Positions 11,501-19,844 of a stretch of 64,000 nucleotides of DNA are shown piece after piece. Every line of letters starts with the position of its first letter. Positions within the stretch are counted from its first letter, which is position 1. Below the pieces are notes generated by a model that was not told where the DNA came from, did not search any database, and saw nothing but the letters and a program-made list of their open reading frames with translations. Origin of the DNA: a virus; IMG/VR virus record IMGVR_UViG_3300000176_000001; one strand, 5' to 3'. The translations under genes and the position numbers were made by a program.

Positions 11501-14500
11501 CTACTCCATTGTTTGCAACTGTCCAATTAACAAAATCAGTAGAACTAAAAATATAGTTATTTGAAACACCTAGATATGTTCCTGTTACAGGATTATAACT
11601 TATTGGACTATTAAGAGATGTTGCATTAATTGTACCATTTGTACTTAGAGTTGTAGCGTTAAATGATAGATAATCCCAACCAACAGATGGTATAGCGTAT
11701 CCATCAGTAGATGTTTCCATTCTATATCCACCAAACATCGCAACAAATCTACCACCGTATAAATCTGGATAGTATGCTATAAATTTACCAAGACCGTTGA
11801 TTGCGCTTGTTTGTGGACTCCATGTATTAGCATCTACAGATGATGTATATGAAGAAACTGTAGCATTACTTACTAAAGCTACTAATCTTCCTGCACCATA
11901 TGCCATATAAGTTACGTTTGCAGGAGCAGAAGATGTTTTCCAATTTATTGCAGAAGTAGTAGCATTTGTTACGTTAATATAATAAAGAGTAGTATTACCT
12001 ACACCTAAAACAAATTTACCCTGAGGTTCACCGGTAGCAGCTCCTAAAACTGGGTTAGGAACATATACTAATATGTTAGCATTTGCCAGTGTTGTTCCTG
12101 CCGCGTTTGCAATAGTAGGACCAGCGGACCATGTAACACCATCAGTTGAATAATAAGAAGTATTAGTATTAACAGGCTTAGCTAAGAAGATACCAGTATT
12201 ACCACTAGTTGGGGCATAAGCAACTAAGCCTTGCTTTAGTGCAAAACCAGTAGGAGTATTAGTAGTCCATGTATTACTAAAGGATCCTTTGGTAATTAAT
12301 GACAGAATACTATTAGATGTAGCACCCATAGAAAGGTTGCTGAAAAATACGTTAGTAGTAAATGTCTGAGTATTTGTCCAGGTATACTGCGCGGAAGTGT
12401 TAACAGATCCACCACCTCCACCTCCTGTTACTGTCGACCAATATACGTTACCTGATCCATTTGATGTTAATACTTGACCAGCTTGACCAGAGTTACCACC
12501 GGCAATAATCGCAGCATTGATAGTAACGTTAGCATTATATGTTGCTAAGTTACTAAATGTCTGTGTTCCTGTATATGTAAAGTTTGCAGTTGTATTGACA
12601 TAGTTTGTCAGCGTAGTCGATAATTGTGAGTTGGTAACAAATGTTGATAATCCATATCCACCAAAGTTTAACGCATTATTTGCAGTTCCACTAAATGATG
12701 TGACTGTAGAGTTAGAGCTTATTGCAGCATTGACAGTGGCATTACCAAATGTAATTGTATTACTAAATGTGTATTGTGCTGCAGTATTTATTGATCCACT
12801 TCCGCCTGATACCGTCGACCAATACACATTACCAGATCCATTAGACGTAAGTACTTGACCGGCTGATCCAGAGTTACCACCAGCAATAATGGCACCGTTA
12901 ACAGACACGTTAGCAGTGTGTGTCACTAAACCAGTAAATGCTGCACCTGTTAATAATGCTATACTAGTGTTTGTATATGAGATAGCATTAGCGTAAGCTA
13001 GAGCTGCGTTTCCAGAATATGCAATAGCATTGCTATAGGCATTAGTAGCATAACCAATCAGGTTAGCAGCCGAGTTGCCGTTTAGATAAGTTGAGTTGTT
13101 TGCAGTTAGTGATGTACCGCTAAATACTGTCGAGTTAACTGTAGCGTTAACTGTAGAGTTTCCAATAAACAATCTATCTGAATACATGGAAACATTGCTA
13201 TATGTTCCATTGACAACCGAGAGGTCATTGTTAACAACAACGTGGTTAGCACTAAGTGTATTGGATGTTACTATATTTGCCGAGACGTTTCCAGCTGTTT
13301 GGTCAATTGTCCAATAAACACTCGTTCCATTTGATGCAAGAACTTGACCAACTGTACCCATAGATCCATTAGCAATGATCTGATTGGCATATAAGTTAAA
13401 GAGTTTTGTTGTTGCACCGAGGCTTAAGTTATTTGTGTATGGAGTAATATTAACATTTGACTGCCAAGAAGTAGTAGGATCATCAAATACTAAATTAGCA
13501 TATGATCCAGCAACTATACCAGCTCCAGATGTTAAGAAAGTATTTGCAGCTCCATTAGCTAAAATAATATTCTTATCAGTAGTAGTTATAACAGTAGAGT
13601 TAATAAAAGTAGTAGATCCTGAAAGAATAAGGTTTCCTGTAACAGTTAGATTATTATTAACTGTTAAGTTAGCATTAATAACTACCGAACCAGTAAATGT
13701 TGTTCCTGATTTTAAAGCTATGTTTGTATTGGTATATGATATAGCATTACTATAAGCATTTGCAGCAACTAATACTGCATTACTATAAGCATTTGCTGCA
13801 GCATTTGCTGCATAAGCAATAGCGTTAGAAAAAGCGTTTCCGGCAACTAATACTGCATTACTATAAGCATTTGCTGCAGCATTTGCTGCATAAGCAATAG
13901 CATTTGAATATGCTTGTGAAGCATTACCAGAATAAGCAATGGCATTAGCATAGGCGTTTGATGCATAATTAATTAATGTTAATGCTGTATTTCCATTAAG
14001 ATAAGATGAATTATTAGCAGTCAGTGATGTTCCACTAAATGTTGTAGAATTAACTGTAGAATTAACAGTTGTATTTCCTATATTAAGACCGGATAAATTT
14101 AATGTAACACTATATGATGATGCATTTTGAATGAATATACCATTGTTAGAGATGTCAGTGTTAGCAACGGTATTACCAATAGAGAGATTTCCAACAGTGA
14201 CATAGATTGCATCAGATGTTAAGTTACCTGTTTGTAATACACCTACGTTTGATGACCAATATACGTTTGATGTACCATTAGAAGTTAAAAACTGACCAGA
14301 TTGACCTGTATTACCACCAGCTACTATAGCTCCGTTAACTGTTATATTTGCTGTAAATACAGTACTTCCTGTAAATGTAGCACCAGTTTTTCTTGCATAA
14401 ACTTCTGTTCCATTGATATAGAAACCCTGTGTGTTAGCAGTAGTACCAGAAACACTATTTCCAGTACTTATTCCAGATTGATTAATGGTGATTCCACCGC

Positions 14501-16712
14501 CTGTTGCACTAGGACTAATAAACTGGATAGTTGGCGCATTATTTCCAACTGTAAAGTTTGCATAGTTCGTGCTATTACCTAATTGGATGAATGAGGCATT
14601 AACGTTAAACACATTTTGTGATACTGCATAAGGAGAACCTTGTGGGAAGAACTGTGGCGCACCGCCTCCACCATTTTCATCACGCCAGCTCATGCCTAGT
14701 GAAATTAAAGGCTCAAGATTTATTCCAATAGCAGTTGAATTTATATAACCACCTGATGATGTAATAGATGAGATATAAACATCATGAGATGATGTATTAC
14801 TGAAAGTAGCCCAAAAAGTTGTACTATTAACAGTAGTTTGAATATCACCATTTCCTATAAAAATCCTATCACTATACATTGCTGTATTGCTATAAGATCC
14901 ATTAACAATCGATATATCATTATTGACTACAACATGATTTGATGTAAGAGTATTAGATGTTACTACGTTTGCTACAACATTCCCAACAAATTGATCTGAT
15001 GCCCAATACAACCCACCAGTACTATTTGCTGTAAGTACTTGGCTAACAGTACCTAGTGATCCATTAGCTACTAGAGTATTTGCAACTATATTAGCATTAA
15101 ATATAACGTTACCGGTAAATATGGTACCAGTCTTAAGAACAATATTCGTATTAGTGTAAGCAATAGCATTAGCATATGCCTGAGCAGCATTACCAGAATA
15201 GGCTATTGCATTTGAATAAGCATTTGCAGCGGCTAAACTAGCATATGAAGTTGCATTTGAATATGCATTTGTAGCGGCTAAGTCCGCATAACTTGTAGCA
15301 TTAGAGTATGCATTTGCTGCAGCATTTGCTGCATAAGATATTGCGTTAGTATATGCTTGTACTGAGTTTCCTGAATAAGCTATAGCATTTGAATATGCAT
15401 TAGCTGCTTTATTATCTGTATAGGAAACAGCATTAGTATATGCATTTGAGGCAGCCAAACCAGCATATGTAACAGCATTACTATAGGCATTTGCAGCTTT
15501 ATTATCTGCATACGTAACAGCATTAGAATATGCTTGTGCGGCATTACTAGTTGCGGCAGTTCCAGCATAACTTATTGCATTTGAGTAGGCATTTGCTGCA
15601 ACTAAAGCTGCATAACTTATTGCATTAGAATATGCATTTGCTGCGGCTAGACTTGAGTATGTGACTGCATTACTATATGCATTATCTGCCTTATTACCGG
15701 CATATGTGACAGCATTACTATAAGCATTTGCAGCTTTATTATCTGCATAAGTAGTTGCATTTGAGTATGCTTGTGCAGCATTTCCAGAATAAGCTATTGC
15801 GTTAGCATAAGCATTAGCAGCTTTATTATTTGTGTATGTTACTGCATTAGCATAGGCTAAAGCAGCATTACCAGAATAAGCAATAGCATTACTATAAGCA
15901 TTTGCAGCCGCATTTCCGGCATAACTTACTGCATTACTATAAGCATTAGCAGCAACGTTTGCGGCATAGCTTACTGCATTACTATAAGCATTAGCAGCAA
16001 CGTTTGCGGCATAGCTTACTGCATTACTATAAGCATTAGCGGCTGCTAAGTCTGTATAAGAAACAGCATTTGAGTATGCCTGTGCAGCATTACTTGTTGC
16101 AGCAGTACCTGCATAAGCTATAGCATTAGAGTAGGCATTAGCAGCAGCAAGAGACGCATATGTTACAGCATTACTATATGCGTTTGCAGCTTTATTATCA
16201 GAATAGGTGTGAAGATCTGATACTGTATTTCCGCTCAAGTAGCTAGCATTATTAGCAGTACCGCTAAAAGTTGTTGCATTAGTTACCGTGTAGACAGTTG
16301 CATTTCCTGCAACAAAACTTGCAGCCTGAATAGTACCAAGGTCAGTTCCAGATACTGGTCCTAGTACTACGTCAGTAGATGTGTTATAGTATGCAAGGTA
16401 ACCCGTTGTATCTACCCTTGCAAGGAAAGCTTGTCTATCTGAATCGTCATAGTAGTGGAATGCGATACCAATATTCTGGCCATCATCTGATGTTAGAGGA
16501 GCAAGGTTAGCTTGAGTATGAAGACTCAATACTGAAGACTGTAATACTAAGTTATTGGCGCCAGATATGACTGTGTTGCCTGAGAGAGTCAGTGTTCCGG
16601 TAACAGTAAGATTGTTCGCGATAGTCAGCGGTGCCGATACCGAGATGGTGTTCGGGCTAGTATTTACTGAAAGAAAGTCAGCAAACGTACCTAACTGTTG
16701 ATTCTGGCTCAT
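8565..16712 (-). CDS. Giant modular tail fibre/adhesin (2715 aa)
   Basis: NAYSNA coiled-coil repeats, seven GQ(V/F)LTSNGxxxYW-type connectors, Asp-box-like SxDxxxW repeats, ANTTGTGG repeats, C-terminal GKAIAMAIVFGG. Confidence 0.85.
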   Translation of the reverse strand: MSQNQQLGTFADFLSVNTSPNTISVSAPLTIANNLTVTGTLTLSGNTVISGANNLVLQSSVLSLHTQANLAPLTSDDGQNIGIAFHYYDDSDRQAFLARVDTTGYLAYYNTSTDVVLGPVSGTDLGTIQAASFVAGNATVYTVTNATTFSGTANNASYLSGNTVSDLHTYSDNKAANAYSNAVTYASLAAANAYSNAIAYAGTAATSNAAQAYSNAVSYTDLAAANAYSNAVSYAANVAANAYSNAVSYAANVAANAYSNAVSYAGNAAANAYSNAIAYSGNAALAYANAVTYTNNKAANAYANAIAYSGNAAQAYSNATTYADNKAANAYSNAVTYAGNKADNAYSNAVTYSSLAAANAYSNAISYAALVAANAYSNAISYAGTAATSNAAQAYSNAVTYADNKAANAYSNAVTYAGLAASNAYTNAVSYTDNKAANAYSNAIAYSGNSVQAYTNAISYAANAAANAYSNATSYADLAATNAYSNATSYASLAAANAYSNAIAYSGNAAQAYANAIAYTNTNIVLKTGTIFTGNVIFNANIVANTLVANGSLGTVSQVLTANSTGGLYWASDQFVGNVVANVVTSNTLTSNHVVVNNDISIVNGSYSNTAMYSDRIFIGNGDIQTTVNSTTFWATFSNTSSHDVYISSITSSGGYINSTAIGINLEPLISLGMSWRDENGGGGAPQFFPQGSPYAVSQNVFNVNASFIQLGNSTNYANFTVGNNAPTIQFISPSATGGGITINQSGISTGNSVSGTTANTQGFYINGTEVYARKTGATFTGSTVFTANITVNGAIVAGGNTGQSGQFLTSNGTSNVYWSSNVGVLQTGNLTSDAIYVTVGNLSIGNTVANTDISNNGIFIQNASSYSVTLNLSGLNIGNTTVNSTVNSTTFSGTSLTANNSSYLNGNTALTLINYASNAYANAIAYSGNASQAYSNAIAYAANAAANAYSNAVLVAGNAFSNAIAYAANAAANAYSNAVLVAANAYSNAISYTNTNIALKSGTTFTGSVVINANLTVNNNLTVTGNLILSGSTTFINSTVITTTDKNIILANGAANTFLTSGAGIVAGSYANLVFDDPTTSWQSNVNITPYTNNLSLGATTKLFNLYANQIIANGSMGTVGQVLASNGTSVYWTIDQTAGNVSANIVTSNTLSANHVVVNNDLSVVNGTYSNVSMYSDRLFIGNSTVNATVNSTVFSGTSLTANNSTYLNGNSAANLIGYATNAYSNAIAYSGNAALAYANAISYTNTSIALLTGAAFTGLVTHTANVSVNGAIIAGGNSGSAGQVLTSNGSGNVYWSTVSGGSGSINTAAQYTFSNTITFGNATVNAAISSNSTVTSFSGTANNALNFGGYGLSTFVTNSQLSTTLTNYVNTTANFTYTGTQTFSNLATYNANVTINAAIIAGGNSGQAGQVLTSNGSGNVYWSTVTGGGGGGSVNTSAQYTWTNTQTFTTNVFFSNLSMGATSNSILSLITKGSFSNTWTTNTPTGFALKQGLVAYAPTSGNTGIFLAKPVNTNTSYYSTDGVTWSAGPTIANAAGTTLANANILVYVPNPVLGAATGEPQGKFVLGVGNTTLYYINVTNATTSAINWKTSSAPANVTYMAYGAGRLVALVSNATVSSYTSSVDANTWSPQTSAINGLGKFIAYYPDLYGGRFVAMFGGYRMETSTDGYAIPSVGWDYLSFNATTLSTNGTINATSLNSPISYNPVTGTYLGVSNNYIFSSTDFVNWTVANNGVAQWYSLGSYGGYNLFTANNTGTIYGITNTVNTVTTIYSSPGINATSGPAFISTPYSHTIFDNSTTGNNISTFSYGTTVINPQQRGYMDNIIIGESIPTRGRFNELTAAILTINPASSNTSVGGYTQTTIGDGLTIQGGGSTSLTGIRFGTFYTGVPGGANSNMNGNGFFVGSSTTNAYLYSTGLYFNQNNASGTNGLFNTSQIYINPTAAANSSGTGGFWLNPTSGLYLGNTGSSFGITLSTSAGAYLYLGSTTQSTTGTGGAIANNSTYFFGNNIINAYMTANYASGNLILVMQNTTTNAYLTPNTLFIGNASINTTVNTVGIYLNPTSGANTTGNGGLSLDPINGMFFGNNTINATYNTSTIILNPTASANTTGTGGLYINTIGLFIGNSTVNTIQNTSSLSINPTASANTTGTGGFNATGTGIFLGNNASNVSISTTTISIGAGSANTTGTGGFNATGQTLFFGNSATNVAMNTTSWVMGAPNGGKLTIGTGTANTTGSGALQWDQSGGGPVLWAGNNSGNLYWNGSYNTSEGSSLLVSTAIGTGTGTGKVNTSSFFAGNNSVNAYISVSSLAINPSSSANTTGTGGAYLTGTALTIGNSTSNAVINTTGVYVNGTALINSINTAAQYTWTNTQTFTNTITHTANVIINNTLTVGNSTVNTQTNATHFYTGNSTYYGYGNNITDSIVSPSGNIIISSTYVALSNSTASNTVVVSTSGITFGNSTVNAAITTNSTVTSFSGTANNALNFGGYGLSTFVTNSQLSTTLTNYVNTTANFTYTGTQTFSNTVIHAGILGVNSVIQINGSNGTAGQVLTSNGSGNVYWSNVSGGGSVNTASQYTFTNTITFSNTITIANVSANGTTGTSGQVLTSNGTVAYWALPNVPQSNAISDSFTANGTQTTFTISTAVRNQNNSIVTLDGMVQLPVTHYSISGTTLTMTTAPIANSIVEVRNFDNIYAGGGVSTGKAIAMAIVFGG
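15925..16040. repeat. Perfect 45-bp tandem repeat (about 2.6 copies) within the NAYSNA coding array
   Basis: Unit cttactgcattactataagcattagcagcaacgtttgcggcatag starts at 15925, 15970 and 16015 (partial). Confidence 0.95.
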
Positions 16713-16740
16713 TAATTAAACTCTCTCGTTATTATTGTCA

Positions 16741-16748
16741 TATTTATT
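16741..16748 (-). promoter_or_regulatory. T4-type late promoter variant (AATAAATA)
   Basis: Intergenic, about 30 nt upstream of the 2715-aa gene. Confidence 0.6.
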
Positions 16749-16765
16749 AGCCTATTATAAAATTT

Positions 16766-19567
16766 TTAACTTATAGCAGCCACAAACGTATTATTTGCAG
16801 TTCCATCTAAACAGAAATACTTGACATACATCGTATTGTGAGAACTTAGATAAAAAGATGCGCCGCCTGTAGCCTGTGTTGAGGAAACACCATGGTTGAA
16901 CTGTTGAGTACCACCAGCATTGTTAAAGATGAATAGCTCAACAACTTTACCAGCAGTAAGATTCTGTAAGTTAGCAGTTACTGTTCCAGCGTTAGTATGA
17001 ATATGGACGAAATTGTCTGTGGAAAAGTCAATTAAAACGCTGTTCGAGATTACGTTTGCTATTCTTACGTTAGGAACTTTGTAAGCGGTATTTTGTACGG
17101 TATTGTCAGTAAAAGTAATTGTTGTATTTGCTTTAATGTTTTGATTAAAAATAACACTGTTGTTTACCGAAGTAGAACCGACTATCAAGTTTTGCGATGT
17201 ATTTGCTAACTGAATAGTATAGTTTTGAAGAATGATACCGCCAGCATTGAATCCAGCGTTAGCATTGTATGTATTAGGAGCAGACTTCTGAGCGATATAG
17301 AAAACTTGGTTAGCTACAGATAGTGTTTGGTCTGGACCACCCATAGTATCGGTAAAGATGATAGAGTTTGATCCGATCCACATCTCTGCGAATCTGTTAG
17401 TTGTATTACCTAGTGTGAATACAAGATTAGATGTTGGTATAATAGAGCTGTTAACACTGTTAACAGCTATCATAGTTGTTCCTATATAGGTAGTACCTAC
17501 AGTGAGTGGACCGGACATAGTGTCGCCGGCTTTTTCAACGTATGATCCAGGAGCTCCCGTGTACGGGACCTGACCTAACACGTCGATCGTAGTTCCACTA
17601 GGATAAGTCGCTGTCGTCGTAAATATAGATCCGTTAGACACGTCTACGTCTGTGCCATTGAGTAGCTTAACACCATTCACGAACACGTCTAAGTTATATG
17701 GAGTATATCCACCAGAAACGGTGTAAGTAGTTCCTGTTCCATTAGCAGTATAGTTCTGTCTGACAGGAGCTAGTGCTGCCCAGTATGGAGATGATCCATT
17801 GCTTAGTAGAACCTGTTTGTCGGTGCCAATAGAGCCGTTAGCTATAAGGCCTGTATTTGATATCACAACATTACCGGTAAACGTTGCCCCAGAAAGATGT
17901 GCAAAGTAAGTGTTTGTATAAGCGACTGCGTTAGCATATGCTGTAGCAGCATTACTAGTAGCTGCACTTCCTGCATAAGATATAGCATTAGAGTAGGCAT
18001 TAGCTGCTACTAAACCTGCATATGTGACTGCATTACTATATGCATTGTCAGCATATAAACCAGCATTAAAGACCGCATTGGCATATGCAGTTGCAGAGTG
18101 AGAGTCGGCATAGCTAGACGAATATGTGACTGCATTAGAGTAAGCAGTCGCTGCTGCTGAGTCAGCATATGCGACTGAATTTGTATAAGCATTTGCAGCT
18201 GCAAGACTTGCATAAGTCACTGCATTAGAGTATGCATTAGCAGCTCTATTATTTGTATATGTAACTCCATTAGAATATGCATTTCCGGCAACATTACTAG
18301 CATAAGCTATAGCATTAGAGTATGCATTAGCCGCTGCTAAATCAGCATAAGCCGTAGCATTAGAATAAGCTTGATATGAATTTCCCGAAACTATATTATC
18401 TGCATATGAGGCAGCATTTAAATAAGCATTTTCAGCAACATAATCAGCATAGCTTGTTGCGTTTGCATATGCATTTGCTGCTTTATTATTTGCATAAGTG
18501 AGAATAGTAGATATACTATTTCCACCAAGATACAGTGCATTATTTGAAGTACCAGAAAATGATGTTGAGTTAACAGTCGAATTTACTGTACTATTTCCTA
18601 CAATAAGACCGGTATTAGATACTATCGTATTTACCGTTGAGTTTCCAACAGATACATGTCCATTGATGACTTCTACATTGTCTACTGTTAGATTTGTTGG
18701 AGTAACAGATGAAGTCCAATATATTGATGTTCCATTAGATGTAAGATAGTTTCCATTACCACCAGCAGAACCATTAGCTATAATCATAGTTGAATTAATA
18801 ACTATGTTAGATGTAGAGTTACCTATCTTAATAGAGTTATTAGATATTTCTACATTAACTAGTGAGTTACCTACTGCTAATCTTCCACCAGTTATGCTTA
18901 TAGAGTTCACTGATAAGTCTGACGGTGTTACTGCTGCTGCCCAATAAACACCTGATCCATTTGATGATAAGAATGTACCTGATCCACCAAATTCACCATT
19001 AGCATATATTGGAGTATTATTAGATATATCAATTGCTGTAGTATTAACAAAAAGACTATTAGCTACATTAAGTGTGTTAGATATAACCGCGTCGACTGAG
19101 TTAGTGACGTTTGCGGCCAGAGCAAATACGCTATAGGCTGTAACATTTGTAATAAATGTGTTCTGTACATAGTTATTTGTAGCTACGTAGTCACCGTTGA
19201 CTGCAATAGCAGAACTTGTTATGATACTGTTTACTGTAGAGTTACCAACCTGAATAACCGAACCAAACAGTGCAGCATTACCCGGCTTGATTAAGGTATT
19301 GGCAGTAGAGTTAGCAATATAGATAGAGCTAGAATTCACAGTCGTGTTGACTGTACTATTTCCTAGGAATATAGTATTTGATACTACAAGGCTAGTAAGA
19401 TTAGACCCAACCTCAAATGCCACAGTTCCGTTCGACGAGAATAACTTCTTGTCTGAAAGATTGAGCGCGAGTTCTCCGGTCTCAATATACTGTGTATTCG
19501 CAGGATCTGCCGTATTAGGGGTACGCCCTGATACAGTAGTCCTTTTAATCCTAATTTTACTAGCCAT
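16766..19567 (-). CDS. Fibre protein with Mtd_N-like N-terminal domain and NAYSNA stalk
   Basis: N-terminus KIRIKRTTVSGRTP...GELALNLSDKKLF; NAYSNA repeats; YW connectors. Confidence 0.8.
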   Translation of the reverse strand: MASKIRIKRTTVSGRTPNTADPANTQYIETGELALNLSDKKLFSSNGTVAFEVGSNLTSLVVSNTIFLGNSTVNTTVNSSSIYIANSTANTLIKPGNAALFGSVIQVGNSTVNSIITSSAIAVNGDYVATNNYVQNTFITNVTAYSVFALAANVTNSVDAVISNTLNVANSLFVNTTAIDISNNTPIYANGEFGGSGTFLSSNGSGVYWAAAVTPSDLSVNSISITGGRLAVGNSLVNVEISNNSIKIGNSTSNIVINSTMIIANGSAGGNGNYLTSNGTSIYWTSSVTPTNLTVDNVEVINGHVSVGNSTVNTIVSNTGLIVGNSTVNSTVNSTSFSGTSNNALYLGGNSISTILTYANNKAANAYANATSYADYVAENAYLNAASYADNIVSGNSYQAYSNATAYADLAAANAYSNAIAYASNVAGNAYSNGVTYTNNRAANAYSNAVTYASLAAANAYTNSVAYADSAAATAYSNAVTYSSSYADSHSATAYANAVFNAGLYADNAYSNAVTYAGLVAANAYSNAISYAGSAATSNAATAYANAVAYTNTYFAHLSGATFTGNVVISNTGLIANGSIGTDKQVLLSNGSSPYWAALAPVRQNYTANGTGTTYTVSGGYTPYNLDVFVNGVKLLNGTDVDVSNGSIFTTTATYPSGTTIDVLGQVPYTGAPGSYVEKAGDTMSGPLTVGTTYIGTTMIAVNSVNSSIIPTSNLVFTLGNTTNRFAEMWIGSNSIIFTDTMGGPDQTLSVANQVFYIAQKSAPNTYNANAGFNAGGIILQNYTIQLANTSQNLIVGSTSVNNSVIFNQNIKANTTITFTDNTVQNTAYKVPNVRIANVISNSVLIDFSTDNFVHIHTNAGTVTANLQNLTAGKVVELFIFNNAGGTQQFNHGVSSTQATGGASFYLSSHNTMYVKYFCLDGTANNTFVAAIS

Positions 19568-19600
19568 CTGGCATCCCTATCAATCGGTAGAAACCGAGGG

Positions 19601-19816
19601 TTAAAAGTCTTCCTTAGTTGTCTTTGAAGCTTTCTTATTTAAGGAGGCTTCAAGCTTATATATCTGTTGCTTCAGCTCCTCATTATCTGCTGATAAGGCC
19701 GCTGTGGCTTTCTTAGCTAGGTCGAGTTGAACTTGATATATGATCTCGTTCTTTGTCATTAACTCGACTCTAGCCGAAAGTTTTTCAATATAAAGGTTTA
19801 CAAATTCTGAATCCAT
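19601..19816 (-). CDS. Small coiled-coil protein (possible fibre chaperone)
   Basis: 71 aa helical ORF with AGGA RBS between fibre genes. Confidence 0.65.
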   Translation of the reverse strand: MDSEFVNLYIEKLSARVELMTKNEIIYQVQLDLAKKATAALSADNEELKQQIYKLEASLNKKASKTTKEDF

Positions 19817-19844
19817 GATATAATAGTCCTATTCACTGTTAATA

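Noticed and set aside
15150-16200. Regularly spaced repeats resembling a CRISPR array
   Set aside because: In-frame coding repeats without unique spacers; no cas genes
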